NCBI RefSeq assembly: GCF_902713615.1
Contig: NC_052156.1
Coordinates: forward strand, 59,177,631 to 59,241,630
DNA length: 64,000 nucleotides
Source: Scyliorhinus canicula
Lineage: Eukaryota
Reading direction: 5' to 3'
The position numbers and the translations under genes were made by a program. This document shows positions 52,643 through 64,000 of this stretch, in pieces. A model generated the notes under the pieces. That model searched no databases, was not told where the DNA came from, and saw only the letters and a list, made by a program, of their open reading frames with translations. The first letter of the stretch is position 1. Each line of letters starts with the position of its first letter.

Positions 52643-53283
52643 TGGGGCGGAATTCTCCAACCAGGATCGTCGGGGGCGGCGTGAATCCCATTGCGCCAGT
52701 CGGCGGCCGCTGGTAGTGGCCTCCCCGGCGATTCTTTGGCTCATGATGGGCCGAGAGGCCGTCTGTTTTTGGCCGGTCCCGCCAGCATAAATTAAATTAG
52801 GTACTTACCGGCGGGACCTGGCGGCGCAGGCAGCCTCCGGGATCCTCGGGGGTGCGCGGGGGGGATATGGCCCCAGTAGATGCCCCCACGGTGACCTGGC
52901 CCGCGATTAGGGCCTGCCGATCCGCGGGCGGACCTGTGCAGTGGGGGCACTCTATTCCTCCGCGTCGGCTGCTGTGGTCCTCCGCGATGGGCGACGCGGA
53001 GAAGATCCCCCCTGCGCATGCGCTGAGATGACGCCAGCACACGCTGGCGCTCCCGCGCATGCGCCAACTCGCGCTGGCCGGTGGAGGCCCTTCGGCGCTG
53101 GTTGGCATGGTGCCAAGCCCTTTCCCTGCTGGCCGGCGCGGTCCAAGCCACTCCGGCGCCGGCATAGCCTCTGAAGGAGCGGAGGATTCCGCACCTTTGG
53201 GGCGGCCGAATGCCGGAGTGGTTCATGCCACTCCTTCCCGCCGGAGTTGCCCGCCCTGCCGATTCCCTCAGAATCCCGACCCT
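52643..53283. mobile_element. GC-rich MITE
   Basis: GGGCGGAATTCTCC...GAATCCCGACCC. Confidence 0.78.
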
Positions 53284-54057
53284 GAAAAGGATAAGAACGC
53301 AAAATCTTTGCTACACCAATGCTGCTGACAGAGGGGTGCCAAATATCGGTAGCAGCCATCGAAGGAACCAAAATGTAAATGTAGATTTCAGAGGAAACAA
53401 CATCGAAAAGAAGCTTGCCATGTTCTGCCCAGAAAGATCTGGAACAGTACAGGGAGCAGAGTGAGTAACAAGTACCTTTCAACAATAGTTTCGAGCCAGG
53501 GGAGAGGGAGTTCAAAACTCGGAAGAAAACAGGCTGAGCCCGGGGTACCTTGTTTGAAAAATGAAGAAAGGTGGTGCTAAATATTTTGTGATCTATCGTG
53601 CTTACACGAACCCTTTCCATAGTAAAAATGGTGGGAATCTCTGGCGCCATCGGATTGTATGCTGAGGATACAAGCAGTGGAGTTTATATACTGAAAGATT
53701 TGATCATTTTGTTCAAGCGAATCAAATTGCGGCAGATAGCCCCAACTTTCCTGAGTATAAGGGGGAGGAAAATATTTAAACTCCTGTGAAATTGGGTGCA
53801 GCCAGTGTGGTAGTCACCACTGATGTGCAGACTGTATACATATTTGTTTTACAGTAAGGCCCCTGTACTACAGGTACAGGGGTAGATCCCTGCCTGCTGG
53901 CTCCGCCCAGTAGGCAGAGTATAAATATGTGTGCTCCCAATTCATCAGCTGCTGTAGGAGGCCACACATCTCTGTGTAATAAATCCTCGATTACATTCTA
54001 CTCTCGTCTTGTCGTAATTGATAGTGCATCAATTTATTACACAGAAGATTTTCAGAG

Positions 54058-54840
54058 ATGGACCTCCGCGTCAAGCCGGATCACCTGCAGCTGAATCCTG
54101 AAGCAGACAACGCCAAAAAGGACTTAGAACATTGGCTAGCCTGTTTTGAAGCGTACATCGGGTCAGCGCCAGACGCAATCCCAGAAGCACAGAAGCTCCA
54201 GATTCTGTACACACGGCTGAGCTACAACGTTTTTCCCCTCGTCCATGATGCACCGACCTACGCAGAGGCCATGGCACTACTGAAGGAAAATTACGCTCAG
54301 CGGACTAACAAAATCTACGCCAGGCATCTCCTCTCAACTTGGCGCCAACTTCCCGGTGAGTCTGTGGAAGATTTCTGGCGTGCCCTGCTCACCCTAATTA
54401 GAGACTGTGACTGCCAGGCCGTTTCCGCCACTGAACATTCGAACCTGCTGATGAGAGACGCATTCGTTACGGGCATAGGGTCTGACTACATTCGCCAGCA
54501 CCTCTTAGAAGGCTTGACCTCGCGGCGACCATAAAACTACTGCTCTCACTTACGGTCGCTTCACGCAATGTTCAGATCTATGCCCTCGACCGCGTGGCCC
54601 ACCCCCCCCCCTGTGCATCATGGACCCTGCAGACGGCCACCCCATCGTGGATCCCATCAGCGACCGCCCTCAGCCAACCCCACGCCTGAGCCGCGCAGCA
54701 GCCAACCAACCCTGGGAGACCCAAATGCTACTTCTGTGGACAGTCAAAACATCCCCGACAGCGCTGCCCGGCCCGGAGCGCCCACTGCAAGGCCTGTGGC
54801 AAGAAGAGACATTTTGCTGCAGTGTGCCAGGCCCGCTCAA
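54058..54840 (+). pseudogene. gag: Gag of element A with two zinc knuckles
   Basis: MDLRVKPDHL...RDAFVTG; CYFCGQSKHPRQRC and CKACGKKRHFAAVC after a frameshift. Confidence 0.85.
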
Positions 54841-56192
54841 TCCCTGCACCCTCCATGCCTCCGAAAATCGGCACTCCTCCATCGAAAAGGAGGCCCAAGC
54901 CATCGTTGACCTGCGCGGCATTGGAGGCATTACCTGGCCGGCAGGAGATTCACTCTCCTCACTGACCAACGGTCGGTTGCCTTCATGTTTAATAACACAC
55001 AGCGGGGCAAGATCAAAAACGATAAAATGTTGAGGTGGAGGATCGAGCTCTCCACCTACAATTACAAGATTTTGTATCTCCCCAGTAAGGTCAACGAGCC
55101 CCCCGATGCCCTATCCTGAGGTACATGTGCCTGCGCACAAGTGGACCAACTTCGGACGCTGCACGACAATCTGTCACCCAAGGGTCACCCGTTTTTACCA
55201 CTTCATCAAGGCCCGCAACCTGCCCTACTCCGTCGAGGAAGCCAGGGAGATCACCAGAGACTGCAAGGTCTGCACGAAGTGTAAACCGCACTTCTACCGA
55301 CCAGACCATGCGCGCCTGGTGGAGGCCTCCCGCCCCTTTGAACGCCTCAGCGTGGACTTCAAAGGGCCCCTCCCCTCCACCGACCGTAACACGTACTTCC
55401 TCAGTTTGGTCGATGAATATTCCCGATTCCCCTTTGCTGTCCCATGCCCCGACATGACGCCTGCCACCGTCATCAACACCATCTTCGATCTGTTCAGCTT
55501 CTTCAACTACATCCACAGCGACCGGGGATCCTCATTCATGAGCAATGAACAGGGGCTTTGCCTCGAGCAGGACGACCAGCTACAACCCCAGGGGAAGCGG
55601 GCAGGTGGAGCGGGAGAATGGGACGGTGTGGAGGGCCATCCAGCTGGCCCTACTGTCCAAACATTTCCCGGCCTCCTGCTGGCCAAGAGGTCCTCCCCGA
55701 CGCACTCCACTCCATTCAGTCGCTCCTGTGCACCGCGACTGACGTAACCCCCCATGAACGTCTCTTTGCCTTCCCCAGGATGTCCACCTCTGGGATTTCG
55801 CTCCCAACGTGGCTGGCAGCTCCAGGACCCGTTCTCCTCCGAGACACGCGCGGCTCCACAAGGCGGACCTGCTAGTTGAGAGGGTACAGCTACTCCACGC
55901 CAACCCGCAGTACGCTTACGTAGTGTACCCCGACGGCCACCAAGACATATTCTCCCTCAGGGACCAGGCACCAGCTGATTCCACACCCCACTCTGGCCCG
56001 ACGTCACCCTCCCTCCCCCCCGCACACCCCACCGCAGCCACTGCTCCAGGACAATCTGTCCTCCCCTTGCTCCCACCCGAGGATGAAGAGGACTTTGACA
56101 CACTCCCGGAGTCACCGAAGACCAAGCCGCGCCTGAGGCGCCACCAGCACTGCGGCGCTCTCGACGGCAGATCAAAGCACCGGACCACCTGA
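54841..56192 (+). pseudogene. pol: RNase H C-terminus and integrase of element A
   Basis: RHSSIEKEAQAIV; CHP...CKVC; VDFKGP, HSDRG, GQVERENG. Confidence 0.88.
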
Positions 56193-56567
56193 ATTTGTAA
56201 TATTCCCAGTGATTCTAAATGCAACTTGTCTGTATATAGTTCTCCACCACCCCCGCTGGACTCATTTTTTAACAGGGGGTGAATGTGGTAGTCACCACTG
56301 ATGTACATACTGTATATATATGGGTTTTACGGTAAGGCCCCTGTACTACAGGTACAGGGGTAGATCCCTGCCTGCTCCACCCAGTAGGTGGAGTATAAAT
56401 ATGAGTGCTCCCCGTAGAGTAGCCATTTTGTCAGCCGCTGTAGGAGGCAACACAGCTCAGTGTAATAAAGCCTCGATGACATTCTACTCTCGTCTCATCA
56501 TAATTGATAGTGCATCAGCCAGAAAAAACAGACTTGAAAACCTATCATGAGATTGTGGAGATAAACC

Positions 56568-56848
56568 TGTGGTGATATGAGTGGGAGCACTGCCGTTGGT
56601 GCAGAGCATTGGTTTCCCATTGGCTCTGGCTGGTCATGTGCCTCTCGCCTGATTGGCTGGGACTAGTCATGTGACTGCTCACCAATTGGTCGAGAGGCAA
56701 GTAGACCCCGCCTCCGAGGCCGGGTATAAGTACCCAGGTTTCCCGGCGATCGGCCTTTCTCTGTAGTCGACCACCGGGCTAACAACTAGCTGATTAAAGC
56801 CACAGTTTGGATCTTCATCGTGTCTCGCATCCAATTGATGGTACATCA
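56568..56848 (+). mobile_element. Solo LTR of family B (281 bp)
   Basis: Similar to 58291-58571; TSD AAACC. Confidence 0.93.
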
Positions 56849-57302
56849 AAACCTTTGCTCATCGGCAAAAGGTTCAGGTTTCATAAACGTAACCAACACA
56901 AAGGTGAATAAATTACATAGTTGGTAGCTACTTTGAAGTCATTAGCGGAATGCTATAAATTTGTGCATGTCTTGAACGCCAACATTAGGGACAGACTAGT
57001 GTGTGAATTAAGAAACAAAGCTATCCAAAAAAAGGCTGTTAACAGAAAGCAACGGAAACCAAAATAAGTCTTTAGAAGCTGCGATCTCAATGGAATTTGC
57101 AGCTAAGGATGCCCAACAATTGTGTTCAATCTCTAGAATCTATAAAATGTTGGCTGAGTCCCGAATAGACACAGGTTTGAAATTGCTACCGATGTCCAAA
57201 AAACTGGACACGCAGTAGCTGACAGTTGGTGCAAAGATACAAAATGCAGGAATTGTGGTAAAAAGGGGCACATCAAATATGCATATTGGGGAAAGAAACA
57301 AT

Positions 57303-57953
57303 GGGCTGGATTTCCGGCTGCCCAATGCCGAAATCAGAGCTGGCGCCGGGGCAGAGAATCCAGTTTGATGCCGTAATCGGGCCAGGTGCTGGTTCGGTGA
57401 TTCTCCAGGCACTAAAAATCGGCATCACCAGGGAGTACGGCGCGCCGCCGGGGGACCATAGCCAGAGACCCGCTCAACAATCCTCCGCTCCCGACCAGCA
57501 AGGTTCCCGACAGCGTGAAACTAACCTGCTATTGCTGGTCAGGATTCTCGCATGGTGGCTGCAGACTCAGTCCGTGGCCGTGCTGGTCGGGGGCAGGCGG
57601 ATCGGAGACCAGATGGGCCTCAGAGGCGGCCGGGGCATTAATGTGCGGGGTTTGAGGGTCAGCCGCGCGGTGGATTTGGGTGAGGGGGAGGGATCTCTTT
57701 CTTCGGTCTGACTCCGCTGTCCAAGTCTGTCATGGAGCACGGTACGGCTGCCAGCATGCACCTGAGCAGCCTTTGACCCGGACATGCGGAGGCCTGTATC
57801 TGCAGCAAAAGCTGCGAGATTCACTCCGGGTCGCTGCTAACCCCCTGCAGGGCTGAGAATTTGTTTCAATTTTTTTCAGGAATTTCAGGAGTAAAACTCC
57901 ACCATTTTGACACCGACGTAGGAACATAGCCTTAATAATGGAGAATCCAGTCC
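57303..57953. mobile_element. PIF/Harbinger-type MITE
   Basis: TIR GGGCTGGATT / AATCCAGTCC; 3-bp TSD AAT. Confidence 0.85.
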
Positions 57954-58594
57954 AATAATGTTCCAAACAAGAACTATAAAAGCAAGAACCAAGTGTATCA
58001 AATGGAAAACTGAATAAAGGGAAAAGAATCCCAACGTGACAGAAAATGGTGTGAAAAAAGAACAGAGTAATAGTCAGATAACAAACTGTCATTGAACGTA
58101 TTGGCCATGCGGGCACAGCAGACCATTACTGCATCACTCCTTTTACTGGACGGACAACTGATGAAAATGAAGGTAGACACTTAAGCAGCAGTTCTGTTGG
58201 TACCAGAACCTGTTTACCAAGAGAAAACATGATAATACTTATACTGGGGAAGTGGTTCCTTTGAGGGACTGCATCAATGCAAACGTGCAGTGTGGTGGTA
58301 TGGATAGGAGCACTGCCATTGGTGTAGAGCACTGGCTTCCCATTGGCTCTGGCTGGTCATGTGCCTCTTGTCCGATTGGCTGGGACTAGTCATGTGACTG
58401 CTTTCCAATTGGTCGAGAGGCAATTAGGCCCCGCCTCCGAGGTGGGGTATAAGTACCCAGAGTTCCCGGCGGTCGGCCATTCTCTGTAGTCGACCACCGG
58501 GCTAACAACTAGCTGATTAAAGCCACAGTTCGGATCCTAAATGTGTCTTGAGTCGAATTGATGGTACATCAATTTAATCAGCTAGAATTTTGGA

Positions 58595-59240
58595 ATGGAG
58601 CTTCGCATCAAGCCTGACTGCCTCCGCACCAGCCCGCATGCTGCAAATGCGCCTGCAATTTTTAAACACTGGCAGGCGTGTTTTAACAGTTACCTGACGA
58701 CTGCAGCCGGCAAGCCCACCAAGGAGCAGAAACTCCATATCCTCCACTCATGCGTGGGCACATCGGTCCACACAATGATCGAGGACGAAGGCGACTTTGA
58801 TTCTCAAAGGACACTTTCTCCGGCCGGTCAACGAAGTATACGCACGGCATCTCCTGACGACCAGACAACAGTTCCCTGGTGAGTCCCTCGACGGGTTTTA
58901 CCAGGCCCTCGCAGCTCTAGGGAGAACGTGCGCATGTCTCCAAGTTTCGGCGACTGAGCACGTGGAACTTCTAATCAGAGACGCTTACGTTGCTGGCATG
59001 CAGTCCCCTTCTATCCGCCAACGATTGCTGGAGAAGAACACCCTCAGCCTAGCTGAGGCACGGACTCTTGCAACCTATAGGTTGCTGACCTGAACGCCCG
59101 CGCATACGCCCCTGGCCGCGCAGCAACCCCCTGGACTTCATGGCACGCGCTACCCCCATCCTTCGTGGACCCCGACCCCCCCCCCCCAAGCCTGCGCTGC
59201 GGGTCGCTCCGACAAACTAGCAGGGCCCTGTTTGTATTTC
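58595..59240 (+). pseudogene. gag: Gag of element B, truncated at the first knuckle
   Basis: MELRIKPDCL...FKHWQACF; IRDAYVAG..IRQRLLE. Confidence 0.85.
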
Positions 59241-60669
59241 CGTGGCCTTCTTTTCACGAACCCTCCACGCTTCCAAAATCCGCCATTCCTCGGTGGAAAA
59301 GGAGGTACAGGCCATAGTCGAAGCTGTGCGATACTGGAGGCACTATCTGGCTGGCAGAAGGTTTACCCTCCTCACAGACCAACGGTCAGTAGCTTTCATG
59401 TTCGACAATGCACAGAGGGACAAGATTAAGAACGACAAGATCTTGCGGTGGCGGATCGAGTTGTCCACGTACAACTACGATATCTTGTATCGTCCTGGGA
59501 AGCTCAACTTGCCTTCCGATGCCCTATCCCGCGGTACCTGCGCCAGCGCGCAGATTGACCGCCTCTGCTCCCTCCGCACAGACCTCTGCCATCCAGGGGT
59601 CACCCATTTCTACCATTTTATTAAGACCCGCAACCTGTCCTACTCCGTCGAGGAAGTCAGGACCGTCACTAGGGACTGCCACATTGCGCCGAGTGCAAAC
59701 CACACTTCTACCGCCCCGAACGAGCGCATCTGATCAAGGCATCCCGCCCCTTTGAACGTCTAAGTATAGACTTCAAGGGTCCCCTCCCCTCCAACAATCG
59801 TAACACTTATTTCTTGAGTGTTATTGACGAATACTCTCGATTCCCTTTCGCCATTCCCTATCCCGACATGACCACAACAACCGTCATAAAGGCCCTCCTA
59901 TCCATCTTCTCCCTGTTCGGTACATCCACAGGACCGGGGGTCCTCTTTTATGAGTGACAAACTGCGTCAGTTCCTGCTCAGCAGGGGCATAGCCTCTAGC
60001 AGGACGACCAGTTATAACCCCCGGGGTAATGGTCAGGTCGAGCGGGAGAATGGCACCATTTGGGAGACCATCCTGCTGGCCCTACGGTCCAGAGATCTCC
60101 CTATTCCCCTTTGGCAAGAAGTCATTCCCGACGCCCTGCATTCAATCCGGTTTCTCCTCTGTACAACCATTAATCAAACACCTCATGAACGTCTTCTTGT
60201 TTTCCCCAGGAAGTCGTCCTCAGGATCCCCTCTCCCGACCTGGCTGGCCACCCCCCGGCCCATCTTGCTTCGGAAGCATGTGCGGGTGCACAAGTCCGAC
60301 CCGTTGGTTGAGCGAGTCCAGTTACTCCACGCCATCCCGCAATATGCGTACGTGGAGTATCCCGACGGTCGTCAGGATACGGTCTCGCTTCGGGACCTGG
60401 CACCCGCCGGCGTGCGGCCTTCTCCCCCTACACCAATACCTCCCCCCCCAACCCCAATTCCTCCCAGTGCCCCCCGCGCCCCCACGACCCAGCACACATG
60501 CCCCCTCTTCCCTGATTACATCGTCTCCACAACCGGCCGGGGTACGGAGACACATCTACAACCAACGCTCCCGGAGGCAAGGACGACCATCGGCCCGACA
60601 TCACCGGCTCCACTGCGACGGTCCTCTAGAACATCACGGGCACCCGACAGGCTGATCGTCTCCATCTGA
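59241..60669 (+). pseudogene. pol: RNase H C-terminus and integrase of element B
   Basis: VAFFSRTL..RHSSVEKE; TDQRSV; DFKGP; GNGQVERENG; PLRRSSR tail. Confidence 0.9.
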
Positions 60670-61473
60670 TGCGGCCATGGGACTTTTTTGGACATTTTTG
60701 TGTTATTCTGTTGTTATTAGTAGTAGTAGTATTGTTTTGCCACGAGCCAGTGGGCAGCTCACCCCTATCGATTTTCGCTGCTCATACCACCAGTCCTCGG
60801 ACCCCCCCCTCTCTAGCTCCCACTTACAACCCCCCACCTTCATTCTCCACAAGGGGTGAATGTGGTGGTATGGATATGAGCACTGCCATTGGTGCAGAGC
60901 ACTGGCTTCCCATTGGCTCTGGCTGGTCATGTGCCTCTCGTCCGATTGGTTGTGACTAGTCATGTGACTGGTCTCCAATTGGTCGAGAGGCAAGTAGGCC
61001 CCGCCTCTGAGGCAGGGTACAAGTACCCAGAGTTCCCGGCGGCCGGCCAATCTCTGTAGTCGATCACCGGGCTAACAACTAGCTGTTTAAAGCCACAGTT
61101 CAGGTCCTAAATGTGTCTTGAGTCGAATTGATGGTACATCATGCAGCTAAACACACAGACTGCAGATGTTCCCATGCACGCTATTCACATCATTAAAGGT
61201 AACTATCCAGCCCTAATGGGGAGAAGCTGGCTGGAGGGAATCATGCCAAACTGAATCGAGTTGAATCTCGTGTCAGGGTCTGAAGAAGGTCTACCAAAGA
61301 GTCCAAAGAAGCATGCCATGTAGAGCTGGGAAGCCTGAAAGAGGTTATAGTCAAGATAAAGATTAAGAACGAAAGCCAAGCAAGATGTTTAAAGGCTTAG
61401 GTCAGTGCCATACGCCATCAGGCCTAAGGTCAATACAGAGTTGAAGAGGCTAGTCAAAATGGGGGTCCTTGAA

Positions 61474-62079
61474 CTGAAGCACACCCGTCCCACTGATGGG
61501 TCAGCTGGGCCCAGAGGGCACTTAGTGGGGTGCCCTGGGGGGACACCCATACAACCTGTGGCCCTACATTCACAGTGGGCAATCGGCGGCATGCGTAGCT
61601 GCATGGCTGCCTTGCAGGCCACGGCAATGGTGTTCTGTGCCCGTCCACCCCGATCCCCCAGCACACTTCCTGCCCACCCCCCGCTACTCTCCCCGGCCCT
61701 GGCAAAAGCCCCCCAGCCAGTGACATGACTGTCAGCAAACTATGGTGATGTTGGACACTTTCCGTACCCTCTCTCTCTCTCCCTCATCAGCCACAACACC
61801 AGTTTCACGATTTTTAAAAGCACAAGTGAACCTTGCCATTGGGAATTTGCTCCAGTGGATTGAGGAGGCACTGGAGAATACCGGGTCGGGCCCCCTAATG
61901 ATATGCCTGTACGTACGTTACTGTACGTGTGTTCTGGAACACATTGCCGCCGTTGTTGAGGCACCGGAGAATTGCAATTTGGCGTGAAACCCGTGCCCGC
62001 CACTGTTTCGGCGTCAAAACCGATTCTCTGCCCAATCGACTTTCCCAATTCGGGCATCGAAGGACAGAAAATCCTGCCC
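61474..62079. mobile_element. MITE (partial) inserted in the host Gypsy RT
   Basis: Ends GAAAATCCTGCCC; RT frame resumes afterwards. Confidence 0.7.
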
Positions 62080-63427
62080 ACTAATCCGGTGCAGTCTGCC
62101 ATTCAGTACCCTCTGCCGTTTATTGATTATTTATTTGCTGGCTTTGCTGGAGGCCAGCATTTCAGTAAGTTGACCTGAGTCAAGCTTATCTCTAAATAAA
62201 AGTGGATCCAGATTCACAACAATATTTGGCAATCATGAGGCACAAAAGGCTATTCAGATATAAAAGACTCCAATTTGACATCACGACTGCACCTGCATTG
62301 TTCCAACTTGGCATGGATCAAATTCTAAGTGGGTGAGAAGGAGTCCAGTGCTACTTAGATGATATCTTAGTTAATGGAAAGAGTGACCTTCAACGTTTAG
62401 GTGCTACACTCTAGAAACAAGAAGATTAGGGACAACAGTATGGAAGGATTAATGTGAATTCTTCTTTTGAATACCTGCGCCATGTCATAAATCTGCAAAA
62501 ATAAAAGCCATAACTGAGGCACCTGCACCTCAAAATCATTACTGGGCTTATTAAAATATTATGAAAGGTTTGTCCCTAAACAAACAACTATTCTCGAAGC
62601 CTTTACACAACTTATTGGGCACAATTGTTCCACCCCTTTGCGCCGGCGCGGATCCCATTATGCCGGGAGCAAAGCGGGGGAGTCTCAAAACGGGCTCCTC
62701 ACCAGGCGCCAAGCCACACTGGGCGTGATCCAGATAATCATATTTAACAAGCTTAGTACACACCTGGAGAGTTCAGGTTGTCAGATATTACCCCACTACA
62801 TTATCCTGAGCTACCAATAATGGATAGACTGTTTGCCTCAGCAATTTGTTGGCTTAGTTGGTTGCATCTGTTTCACTTTGGTATTATTTTTGCCAAGTAT
62901 CACAGTATCCTCCCACATCCCTATTTCACTTGAGTATTTCAGATTGTAGATTTTATTAGTCACAATTTTGGCCTCTTTTGGTTCGCAGACTTACATAAAA
63001 TGTTCCACCCGAACCTCCTTCCATCTTACTTCAGCCCAGTGCAGGAAGAGATCAGGACGCCAATTTTAAATGCCACCCCAATCTCTCGACCCACACATAG
63101 ACTCCCCACTGCAGCCTCCAGACCCCTATCCAATGCCCCAACATACCTGCTAGGGGGTCCTCAAGCCCCACTCACCCCAGGACACCCCGGGACGGATCCC
63201 TGGCATGGACAACCTAGCACCTGGATACCTTGGCACTGCCAGCCTGGCACCTTGGCAGTGCCCCAGCCAGCCTGGCAGTGCCAAGGTGCCAGCCGAGCAG
63301 TGCCAAGGTACGCAGGTGGCAGCAGGAGTTCCAGGGTACCACCCTGCCCAGAGCCCGACCAGCCGGGACCTCTGATTGCCTGGGAAAATCCCCCCCTCCT
63401 CCAGGTGTCATTACACCAGGTATAACA

Positions 63428-63637
63428 AGGGCTGGTTTAGCACACTGTGCTAAATTGCTGGCTTTTAAAGCAGTCAAGGCAGGCCAGCAGCATGGTTCAA
63501 TTCCAGTACCAGCCTCCCCAAACAGGCGCCGGAATGTGGCGACTAGGGGCTTTTCACAGTAACTTCTTTTGAAGCCTACTTGTGACAATAAGTGATTTTC
63601 ATTTCATTTCATTTCATTTTCATTTCATTTAATTTCA
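63428..63637 (+). mobile_element. SINE with (TTTCA)n tail, inside a MITE-like repeat
   Basis: Same family as 51443. Confidence 0.88.
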
Positions 63638-64000
63638 TGTTGACCAATGCTAAACGGTGCCATGGAGAAGTCTCTCAGGTGCGGGCGTAACAGCTCACTT
63701 AAATATGTAAGCCTGGATCTCACCCAGCGAGGGCAATATCCAGATCGAGCCATCTCACAAGACCTTATTAGATCTTGCGAGGTGTTCCAAGCATTGCAAA
63801 TCAATGGCCTTCTCGCATCACCGATTCAGGTGCGATAAAACCGTTTGGTCGTGCCCATTATGTGGAATTAGCACATGTAATGAAATCTGATCATGTCGCC
63901 TCAGATCCAGCAATGTTCCACCATAAATCTGCATATTCCTGATTCATTAAGACGACGAGAGTCACAGATGCTGCCAGGATAAATGACAATAAACATTATA

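Larger units (their letters stand above)
53806..56517 (+). mobile_element. Complete Gypsy element A lacking protease/RT (gag, partial RH, IN)
   Basis: LTRs 53806-54031 and 56284-56517; TSD GCCAG; PPT-like AACAGGGGGTGAA; no tRNA PBS. Confidence 0.95.
58291..61141 (+). mobile_element. Complete Gypsy element B lacking protease/RT (gag, partial RH, IN)
   Basis: 281-bp LTRs 58291-58571 and 60861-61141; TSD TGCAG; PPT-like ACAAGGGGTGAA; no tRNA PBS. Confidence 0.95.
52347..62620 (+). mobile_element. Old Gypsy host element (5' LTR, tRNA-Ser PBS, gag, PR, RT remnants) fragmented by six insertions
   Basis: PBS TGGCGATGAGGA at 52557; gag from about 53628 resuming at 56518 and 56849; LDGQLMKMKVDT protease at about 58146; PALMGRSWL; QYPLP..FSK; YLDD at about 62352. 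Confidence 0.8.

Noticed and set aside
58465-58501. GC-rich hairpin around the putative TSS of LTR B
   Set aside because: Imperfect, and less well paired in the solo and 3' LTR copies

Overview
A vertebrate window dominated by repeats. The SINE, CR1 and MITE families look like a cartilaginous fish, probably a catshark; this is inferred from repeat content, not from a search. No host protein-coding gene could be identified with confidence. LTR content: a near-full-length degenerate Ty3/Gypsy (1-5138, minus); a complete pol-less LTR element with a gag-fused low-complexity ORF (17688-21060); older Gypsy remnants (15459-17215, 22470-26158, 38960-42584, 52347-62620); two complete Gypsy elements lacking protease and RT (53806-56517, 58291-61141); and three solo LTRs with 5-bp TSDs. 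Other repeats: a near-full-length CR1 LINE (27060-30880), several PIF/Harbinger remnants (transposase and Myb/SANT partner), GC-rich MITEs, a hAT MITE and about 12 tRNA-derived SINEs. Main observation: the two Gypsy families at 53.8 kb and 58.3 kb have no tRNA primer-binding site. Instead, the 13-14 nt just after the 5' LTR are the exact reverse complement of the LTR segment carrying the poly(A) signal, and the two sides co-vary between families. This suggests a tRNA-independent self-priming and/or poly(A)-occlusion structure. Second, the pol-less element keeps an NRF1/CRE/GC-box DNA motif cluster from its autonomous relative while losing the zinc-knuckle cysteines and all of pol. Coordinates were counted by hand; ends of degenerate repeats are approximate.
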